DNA of 64,000 nucleotides, from positions 29,884,001-29,948,000 of the forward strand of contig NC_043018.1 in assembly GCF_006345805.1 (NCBI RefSeq), written 5' to 3'. Below are positions 26,385 to 39,477 of the stretch, piece after piece. Source of the stretch: Octopus sinensis. Taxonomy: Eukaryota. The notes below the pieces were generated by a model that was not told where the DNA came from, searched no databases, and saw only the letters and a list, made by a program, of their open reading frames with translations. Made by a program: the position numbers and the translations under genes. Position 1 is the stretch's first letter. Each line of letters opens with the position of its first letter.

Positions 26385-27810
26385 GCAGTCAGACCCGCAG
26401 GTGTCGCCACTGATGTCTCTGTATTTTTTTACTTTTAAAGTTTTTCTTTTATCATTTATGCCAGATTTGTTTCTATCATTGGATTGGGACCATGCTGGGG
26501 CACCATTTTGAAGGGTTTCGTCGACGACATCGATACCAGTATTTTTTAAAGTGTCATTCCATATTCTCTTTTTACCGAACAGCTAATGTTATGTGGACGT
26601 AAACAATTCAACACCGGTTGTCAAACGGTGGTGGACAAATACAAGGACACACACACACACACACACACACACACTCATACAAGTACACACATATATGCAT
26701 GCGTGCCCTCATATTTGTGTGTGTGTGAGCGCGCGCGTGTGTATGCCTATGTTTATATGTGTGTGTACGTCTCCATATGAATGTATGCTTATAAATATGT
26801 GTGTGTGTGTGTGTATTCAAAAAACACAAACAAGAGACAAGCGAGGGAACAACAAATATGGTATATTAGTTTGACGCTCAGGAAAAATGGAAGAAGTCTT
26901 TGACGTTTCGAGCCTATGCTCTTCTACAGAAAGGAATGAGAAAAGAAAAGAGATAGAGAACATTCATACGACGGGCTTTCACTCAGTATTCTTCAACCAA
27001 ATACAATCAAAAGTCATTGGGTTGGTGCTGGGATATAATACTAGACACGTGCCCAAGTTACCTCGTTGACGGATTGAACATGAAACCATCAGGTCGCAAA
27101 GCAAACTATTTAACCACACAGCTAACACAAAATTTCCTTCATTTTATGCAAAATTCTTCTATAAAATTATGTTCTAAACACCATTTTATTAATAGGAAAT
27201 GTTACTTTACAAAACACTTGCAAATTCTTGATTATTTTCAAAATTAATTGAAAAGCATAGACAATATGTTTCATTAAAGATTTAGTCATAAGATGGTTAA
27301 TGTCAGCCATTATTAACGATCTTTGTCATTTATAAAAGACTGGTAAATGAATAAAAATTAGATCGTTCTTAAAATGTTATCTTGATTTCTCTTTCAAAGA
27401 TAAAGAATAAAGAACTGTTTTACAGGAAGTCAAGGTAGGTTGGATTAAGTCGTCAATGGAAAACATTTCTTTTTCGATGGTTAACGGATATTTATGCTGC
27501 TTTTTTGTGGGAGTTGAGGAAGGAAGATAAAAAAAAAACCATTGGTAAATGATTAAAAATATATATATAATAATCAAAAATAGAAACACTAAAATGTTAT
27601 CTATATTTCTAATCTAGACAGCTATGCAGCCATTTCGTTGTCAAAAGTAAATTGTTATCAAAAGAGACAAAAAAGAAAACTCAATGAATTTCTAATTATC
27701 GGAAACGAAGTAGCACTGCTAAAGAGGACAAACTTTATCCGAGTTAGTGAAGTAATTATGTATTTTATTTGTGCGTTCACACACGCCCCACACATACATA
27801 CACACACACG

Positions 27811-27959
<149 letters not shown>

Positions 27960-28272
27960 CACGTTTATAAATCTATAAGGAGAGAGCGAGAAATACAAAC
28001 ATAGATACATACAGACGCACCAAAAATACACATACATACACATAGATAGAAGCATGCATTGTTTTTATTATTTAAGACAGAGAAACAGGAATTACCAAAC
28101 CAACTTCATAAATTTGCATTAGTTTGCATTATAAGAAGTATTGTGCCCAGAGCTGAGGGAATTGGTATAAGAGACCAATAAAGTAAATATCAGCCTTTAA
28201 AACAAAATAAGTACCGTGTCGATTTGTTCGACTAAACCCTTCAAAAGGACATATCTATACATACATGCATAC

Positions 28273-28308
<36 letters not shown>

Positions 28309-28311
<3 letters not shown>

Positions 28312-28613
28312 ACAACAATACGGCACAATTATTTCACCTCAATTGGCCCCGCTCTCTTTAACATTACACCAAAACACATTAAAACAGAAACTGACCCTAT
28401 AGGGTTCAAGAAGTCTTTGGACAGATTCCTTCAAGAAATCCCGGATAAACCCCCTACACCCGGATATGTCTCTGTAAACAATAACTCTCTACTTGAGTGG
28501 GCCATAGTGCCCAAATTCTGACTTGAAAGACTTCACCAGGTGGTGCTATTAAGTTAGACATGGCCTGGGCCAATAATGGCCGAAACCTATCAAAGTATCA
28601 AAGTATCAAAGTA
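28309..28613 (+). mobile_element. Short 3' fragment of the same CR1-like LINE
   Basis: Near-identical to ~23318-23619, with (TATCAAAG)3 tail; (TA)n on both sides. Confidence 0.88.
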
Positions 28614-28623
28614 TATATATATA

Positions 28624-28654
<31 letters not shown>

Positions 28655-28885
28655 CATTCTCTCTTTGTTTTTCTATTCTCTCTGTTTATTTCCTCGTGTT
28701 CCTTTCCGTTGAAGAGCGCAGACTCGAAACGTAAAATGTTTTCTTACCTTCCCGAGAGTCAAGCTAATACACCTGCTTGTTGTTTATACATATGTCTTCG
28801 TCTTTTGTGTTTCTGTAAATTTCATAAATATATATATAAATAAATATTTCTCTCTCTCTTTGTCTATAGATATATATGTGTGTGT

Positions 28886-29140
28886 GGAAGCGCGTGGCTT
28901 AGTGGTTAGGGTGTCAGCGCCATGATCGTAAGATTGTGGCTTCGATTCCTGGACCGGGCGACGCGTTATGTTCTTGAGAAAAACACTTCATTTCACGTTG
29001 CTCAAGTTCACTCAGCTGGCAAAAATGAGTAACGCTGCGATGGACTGGCGTCCTATCCAGCTTGGGAACACATACGCCATAGAAACCGGGAAACCGGGCC
29101 CATGACCCTGGCTAGGCTTTAAACGGGCGCATTTATTTAT
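28886..29140 (+). mobile_element. tRNA-derived SINE, third family
   Basis: GGAAGCGCGTGGCTTAGTGGTTAGGG A-box; TTCGATTCC B-box; ends GGGCGCATTTATTTAT. Confidence 0.85.
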
Positions 29141-29152
29141 TATTATTATCAT

Positions 29153-29184
<32 letters not shown>

Positions 29185-29201
29185 AGGGTACTACTATTTG
29201 T

Positions 29202-29247
<46 letters not shown>

Positions 29248-29277
29248 TATATATTATATTGAGGGTACTACTATTGT

Positions 29278-29320
<43 letters not shown>

Positions 29321-29748
29321 ATATATATAAAGGCAAATAAGAAAATAGAGAGGATAAACAATCGACAATCATCAGCTTGTAGACATTCAACGCTATTTAT
29401 TAATTGATTACAATCATATGTATAAGTGATCCAAATAAACGAATGAAATTAGCAAAGAAACAAGTAAATAAATAGATAAATAAAATAAAGGAATAGAATA
29501 GAGAATAGATGAGTGAGAATAGATTAATAAGAATATTTTATTTTATTTATCTATTTATTTACTTGTTTACTTATTTACCATATAAATTCTGGCCAAATGT
29601 CTGTTTTACCCCCACCCATACCTTGTATTCAATTGCGATATTGCCCAGCAATAGTAAGCACTTGGATATAAATACGTAGGTATACATACAGTAGTATATT
29701 GGATATTTATTATCCCTTAGATGGTTGCTTAACCTCTAACTCATACAG

Positions 29749-29821
<73 letters not shown>

Positions 29822-30792
29822 AACTGTAAAACAAACTGGGAGGAAAGAGACGGAACGAAGTGAGAATTCGAAGAATCGAAAATTCAAACGAACCCGACGC
29901 GAAACGCTGTCAGACAATAGTGTAATAAATAAAATATATGCATACATACAAACATATATGTACGTACCGACATCTACATGTATATATACATGCATTTATA
30001 AATATATATACGTACAGGACACCACAAGAAGATGTAAAAATCAACAGAAACGAAAACGGAACAGCCGTTTTGTTACAACAGAAGGACAGAGACGTGGAAC
30101 AAGACGAAACGAAAACGGGAAAAACAATTATGTACGGCAGAAAAACGAAGTACAGGACATGCTGCACAAGGAAAAATCCCCTTCATCAGCTGTCGCTAGC
30201 AGACATAGCGTGTTTCGAAGGCAAGACGGAACACGTCTGATCATGTAAGCCTTCCTACGAGAGAATTAAAATAAAATAACCTCGTAGAGGGGTAAAACGA
30301 GCAAGAAAAAATGTAACACAAAAAGGGACGTAACGAAGAACTGCACAAAAAAAAGAAAAAAATAATAATACAAAATTAAAGATACATGTACAAGAAAATA
30401 CAAAACGAGAATTAAATTACAATACGAGAAATCAAAATAAACAAGAGAACAAACGAAAAAGACGAACGAAGGCCTTTGTTCTGGCGGGAACGAGAATGTA
30501 ACTGGCGAGCGCTGGGAAACATGATCTTAGGGCCTGAATGCAATAGGTATATCCCGAATACACTTCATTGGATTTCATAATGAATATTGAATGGAGAATT
30601 AAGTACTTTCAAAATTCGATTATTATAGTATAATTCTAATTAAATTCACATTAGAAACACGTATCGGATTGGAATCTAATGTGAATTTCGTAGGAATTAT
30701 AGTGTAAATATCAAGGTTCGAAAATGTATAATTTTCCATTTTTTTTTATGGCAGGAGTGGCTGTGTGGTAAGTAGCTTGTCTAACACACATG

Positions 30793-33020
30793 CGCAGTTA
30801 GTCAGTTGCTTCCTGTTCAGCGAGAGTGGACGCGAGTCAATCAGCTCCGTCCAATTAAAGAAAAAAGACCAAAAACGGAAAGTTGTCGAGGTAAGTGATT
30901 TTGTTTATTGTGAGTTGGGCATAATTTATTGCGTGCCAATTATTATTTCAGTAAGTTGTGTCCAACTCTGAGACAATTTCGCATGTTCCCGGCGGCTGCC
31001 GTTTTTGTGTTCATTGAAAAAAAAAAGAAAAAACAGTGGAGGGGCGTATACTCAGAATTCAATACAGTTACTGTTAAAATTACCGTTGGCGGTAGCCAGT
31101 GCTGTGTTTGGGTTTGTTGAATTTATTCCCTTGTCAGAGTACTTCGCAAGAAAAGTATAAAAATAAGCCACTATTGGATTACCTTTCGGACCCATTTTTG
31201 TGGAGGTTGTGTTGCAGTTGCGGCGTTCCAGGTTCAACCCAGGCCGGGAGTACCGCAAGGCCAGAATATTTTTGCTGTGTTTTTTCTGTTTATTAACTTT
31301 CTTTTGAACTTCATTTAACCCCCCACTTTTTTTTTTCTTTATTACGACTTTCCGTTAATTTCTTCCCTTCTGTTGTGCTTTCTTCTTTTTGTTTTTTCAA
31401 AAATCTATCAAATTTTATTTGGACTTTTGAACTTTTTTCTTCCTGCTTTTGAGTTTAATTTGAATATATTTTTTTAAAAAATGGCAATGAAAAATAACAA
31501 AATTTTGGAGTGGGAAATCATACCACCTAAAAAGTGGTTAAAAGACCGTGAAGATAGGACGGTGGTGTTGAGAACCTACTCCAAGTCACTTGACACCATC
31601 GCCCTATTCGAAAAGACGGCAATTGAAAAGGAGTTGGAAGAGTATTTGCCAACAATTAAATTCATTTCCAGGGGTGTCAAATATGCAACGGTGTGGTTGC
31701 TATTTGACACCCCTGAAGAGGCTTGCAAATTTGCTAGCAACCCTTGGAGGGTAAGGAAATCTTATTCCTGCCCACGTACAAAAAAAAGAAATTGATGAAA
31801 GCTTGGATTTGCGGACTGCCACCCGACATAGAACCCGAGTGGATAGAGGAGACTATCCGCCGGGGTCTGGGTGACAGCGAAACTAAGCTCCTCAATGTAA
31901 AAGTTCTTCCTGCGGCTGCTTGGGTTGGGTCAAAAGCAATTTTGACCCTGTGGACCCAATCAGCCAATCTGGTTCTTCCAGATTTTTTGAAAATGGCCGG
32001 GTGCAGGTACCCGGTGATGCTTGAGGGTCGCCCCCCTAAGTGTCATCGGTGCTTGGAGTTCGGCCACATAAAGAAGAACTGTCCTCGGGAACAAAATAGA
32101 ATCCCGGAACAGTTAAGTAAAACCCCTCTAGAAGAGGGAACGATAACGGCTGAGAAAGCAGAGGACTCCTCAAACAGAGGCCGAAAGAGGAAGGTGAGCA
32201 ACAATGGGTGCTCACCAAAGGATAATGGGATGAGGAGAGGAAGGCGAGCGATCTTCCAGCCACGGAGGAGACGCACCCTCCCTCAGTTGAAAAGGGAAAA
32301 AAAGAAAAAAAGAGGAAGAAAAACGGGACATTACCGGCTGTCGTGTAGCACCGGAATGTCGCGGAACCACGTCGGTTGGTTGTTGTGCCACCGACAAGAG
32401 AAGGAATACCGTTGGCGGAAACTGTGCCGCCAACGAAAGAACTGAACGTATGGTCCTCTTCTATAGAGGAGGAGAAATTGAAAAAGTGATGGAAGAGCAC
32501 TACAAGGGAGCACCTTTAGCCTTCACACAGGACCCCGAATGGCCTCCGCAGGTAGCTGTGGAGGCCGTGGCGTTCGACGTGACGCTTGGGCTAAAGGAGC
32601 TCAATGAAGATTATAGCTTGGTCCCGGGCGATGCGAACTCGGAACTTGACTACGTTCTGAGGGAGGCGTGGTTGATGGTGGAGGGCGCGGGCACAAGCTA
32701 TTTCGAGGACGATATGTATTATTAGTAATGGACTTAAGTCCAAAAATTGAAAAATTGTAAGAGGATTAATACCTCGTTTTGTATTAATAATGGACTGCTA
32801 AGTCCAAAAATTGGAAAAATTGTAAGAGGTTTAATACCTCGTTTTGTGTTTATCTTTAAAAAGAACAATGTTTTAGAGAAGCGAAAGTCGGCGGGCGCTT
32901 TTTGTCTTCTCCCATCCTTATCAGCTTTCTTTCATTATCATTCACCTCAATAATGTCCTCGTCCAGCCCGCAAAGCTAACTTAATCTGTGTACTGCCTTT
33001 ATGGCAAATGTTTTGAAATA
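30793..33020 (+). mobile_element. ORF1-only (HAL1-like) retroelement related to the Tx1-type LINEs, inserted in a SINE head
   Basis: AAGTAGCTTG duplicated at 30770-30779 and 33021-33030. The SINE sequence resumes exactly after the right copy. Ends in AATAAA. Only ORF1-like coding sequence, no EN/RT motifs. Confidence 0.8.
31481..32725 (+). pseudogene. ORF1-like protein with CCHC zinc knuckle, broken by frameshifts
   Basis: Pieces 31481..31795, 31744..~32230, a frame-shifted middle and 32450..32725. CHRCLEFGHIKKNC knuckle. GLPPDIEPEWI and VMLEGRPPKC align with NVPPEIPNKWI and VVAEGKKPRC of copy 1 ORF1. Confidence 0.8.
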
Positions 33021-33169
33021 AAGTAGCTTGCTAACCAGCCACATGGTTCCGGGTTCAGTCCCACTGCGTGGCATCTTGGACAAGTGTCCTCTGTTATAGC
33101 CCCGGGCCGACCAATGCCTTGTGAGTGGATTTACTAGATGGAAACTGAAAGAAGCCTGTCGTATATATG

Positions 33170-33225
<56 letters not shown>

Positions 33226-33435
33226 TGTGTATGTGTTTTGTCTCCCTAGCATTGCTTGACAACCGATGCTGGTGTGTTTATGTCCCCGTCACTTAGCGGT
33301 TCGGCAAAAGAGACCGATAGAATAAGTACTGGGCTTACAAAGAATAAGTCCCGGAGTCGATTGGCTCGACTAAAGGCGGTGCTCCAGCGTGGCCGCAGTC
33401 AAATGACTGAAACAAGTAAAAGAGTAAAAGAGAGT
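33021..33435 (+). mobile_element. tRNA-derived CORE-like SINE with internal (TA)n(TG)n; its head starts at 30751 before the inserted element
   Basis: GGTTCCGGGTTCAGTCCC B-box; CATCTTGGACAAGTGTC resembles the CORE motif CCTTGGGCAAGT; 3' end CAGTCAAATGACTGAAAC-AAGTAAAAGAGTAAAAG. Confidence 0.8.
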
Positions 33436-33694
33436 AAATAAAAGACAAAAGAACGGGAACTGATACAATGAACTTTATTATCTCCCAAATGTTTCTGCTG
33501 TAAGATGCTGAGCATTCAGAGATGAATAATTCTACATCACTTTATAACTTTTGTGCAACTTCGAGATTGAAGTGCGCATGCGTGTGTGTGTATGTGTATA
33601 TCTGCTCTGCGCGTGTATCATAGTATAGGAGTTTTAAAATATTTTAGAATTAACTATGGAACATTATATACTGATTAGAATGGATATATATGGA

Positions 33695-33728
<34 letters not shown>

Positions 33729-33939
33729 ATCTTCTTCTCCTCCTCCTCATCTTTTTCTTCTTCTTCTTCTTCTTCCCTACCAAGTATTCACAACGATCTG
33801 GAACACACAGGAGTAAACAAGAGAGAGAAAGAGAGGCAGAAACAAGGAAAATGCCACTTGTATTTGAATACTATGCAAATATTATTTAAAAAAAAAAGCT
33901 TTTCTGTTAATTTTTCCAAAATTTAAATGGTTTCCATAC

Positions 33940-33981
33940 TTACAGTTGAAAAAGTCTCAATGACTGAAACCGGTACTGAAA
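33940..33981 (+). ncRNA. Type I hammerhead ribozyme (family A, diverged) with covarying stem II
   Basis: UUACAG-UUGAAAA-AGUC(UCAAU)GACU-GAAA-CCGG-UA^-CUGAAA; the G-C closing pair is replaced by A-U and the loop is shortened. Confidence 0.72.
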
Positions 33982-34079
33982 TGTTTTTTATAAAATCATT
34001 TTAGCATTTTCTATCTTGACTTCTTTCCATATATACACACATACACCCACATATTTATATCTATCTATATATATGTATG

Positions 34080-34124
<45 letters not shown>

Positions 34125-35924
34125 TATACATACATACATATATACATACATACATATATACATATATATGATGGATTCTCTCGTCTTGAACGATAAATGA
34201 AGGTTCAGTAAAATAAAGCGGTAATCATGATCTATGAACACGAATCTGTTTCTTGAGGCCAGCTGGTGCCTTGCAAGCGTTTTGTGTATCACCTTAGAGC
34301 TTCCTTTGAAGTTTCAAAAGGGAAATGCATATATGCGTGCGTTCGTATGTGCCTGTGGGTGTATGTGTGTATGTCCCTGTATGCGTGTGAGTATAGGATG
34401 TGTATTATAATGATGATTATTAGTTTTAAGTAAATATTACGAATTAAGATCCACGTGTACGCAAGAAGTTACCGGAATCGAAATTCTTTGGAAATTGTCC
34501 TGTTAACACTCTTCAGGAGATTTGTTATTGTCGTAGCCGAGTGGTAGGTGGCCGATGTACTCTACGTTAGTTTTTCATCAGGTTTGGGGTACGGTTTATG
34601 TGAATGTGTATCTGGAGCCAAATTTCACATAGACTCCTCCGCAGTGGCTAAAATAACAGAGGCAGACCATAAAACTACATTCATAAGCGATATGACAGAG
34701 GTCAGTATCACATGCCCAGATGTAGGAAAAATCGTAGGCAACAGAAACTAGCGGTGTCAGCTTGGAGCCCAATGTGCTCGAGTGCATGGGAGGAATTGAA
34801 ACTTAACTGAATAACTGCCATCACTAGAAGGAACCACGTGAAACAACAACACGTGGTTTTAATCGGGATTTGAAAATTTCGGTTTTACTCAGTTTCTTTC
34901 CCACTGCAATTGCCAACTCACATATGATTGACATATAAGAAGTGATTGCTTCCCTTTGTCAGGGCGTGTAACCCAGCGATTAATGGGTCGCTCTCACAAT
35001 CTTAGGACCGTCGTTTCGTATCGAGGACAGCATTATGCGTTGGGTTATCGAGCAAACCATTTCCCTTCACATTGTTCCAGACCCGGCAGAATGGAGATCG
35101 TTTCAGGTTGGGATGGGGATGTTTCAATCTCGTTCACTCATACACCATGGAAACCCGGTAACAGACCCTGTTAGCCGAAGGACTCGAGACCGAACGTTAC
35201 GTTACGGCCTTCGTCTAAAATATCGTAAAACGGAAGCTATCAACGTTTGATTTCTAAACCAGAAGAGTATTTCTAAACTACTTTCCCCCCTTGAAGTCAG
35301 ATATAAAGATTGGAGTAGAATACAATTAAATTAGAGTAATGTTCTTTTTGAAAGATAAGATCAAACCGTACTTATACTAATTCCTGTAATTAAATATATT
35401 TCAATTTAAATTACAAATAAGTTGGAGAATAGATAAGCTTCAAATGATAAGTTTCAAACGAAAGATTAGTTTAGGAAATTCGTAGATGTAGTGATCTAGA
35501 TTACAAATTGGTATTACATTAATGTTTAGGTTGGACAATAACTAGCAACTCATGGTCCACGAGTTCAAACATACTGCAAAGTATTACCTACTGAAAAGGT
35601 ACGTCTTCGCCAGAGTTATATTAATTCTTCACTCAGTCACTCTTTCAATTATGATCTACCTCTATATACACCCCACTTAAGTTGCTTTCGTTGTTGTTGT
35701 TGCTGTAGTTGTTGTTCGGGTTGTAGTTGTTGTTTAACGCCAAGTTAGCTGTGGTTAATTAGATGTGTGAGTAAATTTATACCAGCCGTGATCATCACGT
35801 CCATTTTTCCAGACTTTTATCTAAAATTACATTGTGCAATGTAATATTTCTGCGGATGTAATTAAAGGGAGGTTCGAAAGGATGTAGGTGGCTTCTAGGA
35901 TGCAATTAAAAGGCGGCTATTTAC

Positions 35925-35965
<41 letters not shown>

Positions 35966-36102
35966 AGGTGGTGGTTGTGACGGTGGTGATGGTGGGGTTA
36001 GTTGCTAGTATTGATAGGAATAGTAGTAGATAATGCTGAAGAAAAAGGTATTGCTGCTTTCTTTCCCTCCATCCATCTATCTTTCTATCTATTTATCTAA
36101 CT

Positions 36103-36138
<36 letters not shown>

Positions 36139-36290
36139 GTAGGTAGGTAGGTAGATAGATATATAGATAGATAGATACATACATACATACATATATATCT
36201 AATGTATATATGATATATATAACAGATGTATATATGTGTGTGTATGTGCGTTTGTGTACTCTGCATATATATATGTGTGTGTATATATAC

Positions 36291-36330
<40 letters not shown>

Positions 36331-37366
36331 GTATATATTATGCGCATGGGTGTGTCTATGTACGATAGGCTTCAGCAAAGTTTATATATATATATATTTG
36401 TATATATATGTATATATATATATTGTATATACACACATACACACGCAGACGCACACATACATACACACACACATTCACAAGTGGTTTTCTAATTATCCAC
36501 CGTCCATTCCAATTTAGTCCATTAAATACCCAACTTATAACTCGTTTGTCCACAAACACATTCATTTCCAAACCAATGTTCCTCACGTTTTATTATATTC
36601 TCAGGCTTAATCTCGACCATTCTCCTCTTAGCACTGGAGGGGGGAGGCGGTTTACTGATTCCAAATTATCTGTAAGCTTAATTCTTAACGTGAACTCATA
36701 ATTTCCTTGCTTTTATATTAAAATACTTAGCGTATGTTTGCATATTTTTTCTTCTTTATCACTTTTTTCTTTTACTTGTTTTGGTCACTGGACTGCGGCC
36801 ATGCTGGGGCACCATCTTGATCGGTTTAGTCGAACCAATCGACACCATTGCCTATCTATTTCTTTTTTAAGTCCATTATTTATTCTATCGAACCTTTTGT
36901 CGAACCGCAAGCTTACGGGACGTAAATAAACCAAACCAATACCGGCAATCACGTGGTGAGCAAAGCAAAGACACATAATTTTTCTCCCATTTTAATTCTT
37001 TAATCGTCAATTACAATTTTCTATCTGTATCTTTACTTACTACCTAAAATATTCTTCTCTCATATTTTTATTCCCTCCCCTCGTACCCCCTCCACCTGTA
37101 AACTTACAAATACATTCGCCTACACACACATTCACCCCTTCATTCAATTCTTTATTTTTCTTCTTTTACCAATTTAAGCCTTTTGACCAAGACTTATGTT
37201 GTTGTTAAATGCTCGAAATGCGGAGAAGATAGACAGTCGGCAACTGATGAAGAGTCTTTTTGTGTTACTGGTCCTGTTTCCATTTTCTCTCTCGTTGTTG
37301 GTGTATTTACTTCATTAAGTTGTTTGCAGTTGGTAACGTCCTGTACCACGTATGCATATATATGTA

Positions 37367-37453
<87 letters not shown>

Positions 37454-39001
37454 GTGTATGTATGTATGCATATACATATATATTATTAATATTATTATTT
37501 ATTGCACGCCACGTATCCATTTCCAAGCAAGTTTATTTTAAATCAACGTACAATATTTGTCCCACACGACCAAAAATTTTACCCTTCAATTTCTTTTCTC
37601 TTTAATCGCCAATCCCAGTATTGAATTCTGTGATTAAGTTAGAACTAAAATTATTACCTGTTGATGCAGGTAGTTTATCCCGTCCCCATCCGACTTTCAG
37701 TTCATGCAATTGAAAAAACCGCATTACTTATGGGATGACCCAATATATATAGATAGATGATAAGCAGCTTTCTGTATTATAGTACAGATGTGACTAATTC
37801 GGAGAAACAATACTTTTATTATTCACACATGGTCACTTTCGTAATGCAACACTTTGTAATTTTGGTTCAAATTGAAAGTGTGAAACTATTTTCACTTTCT
37901 AATGAAACCTGATCGTTGTAGAGCAGTATTTTTCAAATACCGAAAGCTGGTTGTTGAGATAGCGTAGAAAATGTGTAAATGAAAATAAAGTTTATTTGGT
38001 AGCCGAAAGATTACTGAATCATTTGATTCTCGATACGTCAATTTCGGCAACTCAGTTTCCGAATGCATAAGGAAAACACACACACACACACACAAACTCC
38101 TTTTTGTATATATAGATAATGGTTTGTAGGTAAGTGACTCTATTCTTTCTCAATGAGCGTTTATCGCTTTGGAAATTTGAATAAACCTTACCTCTTTTCA
38201 TACATATGTCAATATGGTGCTACGTAGAAAAAACAAAACCAACGAATTTATCTCGCAACGCAATAGTTACAAAGATATGCGATAGGACGGCATTTTGTCA
38301 GGCTCTTCTATCTCCATGGTTTATACAGATGATATGCATTTTTCCTTTCTTCGGCCATTTTGGACATTTGAGATGAGCACATTTTTTTATAACATTTAGC
38401 CCTGTTTTCATGAAAGCAATTTAAGTGTTTTATCCAGAAATAAATGGATTTTGTCTACTTGAGCTGACTTCCAATTGCCTTTTCCTTTCATCATTTCCAT
38501 TATATTTTCCGCTCGACTTTCTTTCCATTATTCTGATGAAACCTTATGTTCTATAGCTTTGTTGACTTGCTTTTACGAGTGTTTTTCTTATGTTATTCTC
38601 CATATGTTTCACCTCACTAAAACGTGTGGAACAGAGGCCGTATTATAGATACTTCGGTAATAAATAATGGATAAATAATGGATACACCCCTTCGGAACAA
38701 AATCTATGTTAAGTAAGTCGTTACTGTTAAAGTGAAAGCGTGTAGCTTATTGGTTAGAATGCTGTACTCTATATGTGTGTATGTGTGTGTGAGAGAGAGA
38801 GATGTGTTTGTTTGTGTGTGTGTGTATTTGGGTGTTTTTGTCCCCCACCACCGCTTGTCAATCGGTGTTAGTTTGTTTACGTTCCCGTATCTTAACGATT
38901 CGACCAAAAGAGACCTTAAGAAAAATAACAAAAGTGCTATGGTTGATTCATTCAACTAAAAACTCTGCAAGGCGGTATCCCAGCATACATATATATATAT
39001 G

Positions 39002-39109
<108 letters not shown>

Positions 39110-39347
39110 TGGGAGATATCTTATGAAAGTAGAATAGTATTTTAACTGCTATTTCTAAATTTCGGTATGTGGTGAAGCAAATTTTGCTGAACCCTAATTA
39201 TAATTATGCTCATAATTATAGAATTTTTATAAGTTTACCGATAATGGTCCTTTTAACATACCGAACTACTTGGTAAAAATCTTAATTATTAACTGATTAA
39301 TTATTTTACCCTTTATTATTATTGATGTATATTTATATATTATATAT

Positions 39348-39384
<37 letters not shown>

Positions 39385-39386
39385 TA

Positions 39387-39424
<38 letters not shown>

Positions 39425-39425
39425 A

Positions 39426-39477
<52 letters not shown>

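Noticed and set aside
28886-28960. Functional tRNA genes at the SINE heads
   Set aside because: A/B boxes are present but acceptor stems do not close, and each continues into a repeated SINE body.
30170-30250. Hammerhead-like pieces on the minus strand (GAAAC...GACAG-CUGAUGA)
   Set aside because: Stem III and the cleavage triplet cannot be paired; at best a decayed motif.
31733-31750. Programmed -1 frameshift between 31481..31795 and 31744..32445
   Set aside because: No canonical X XXY YYZ slippery heptamer; homologous ORF1s are continuous there and further frameshifts follow, so a 1-nt indel is likelier.
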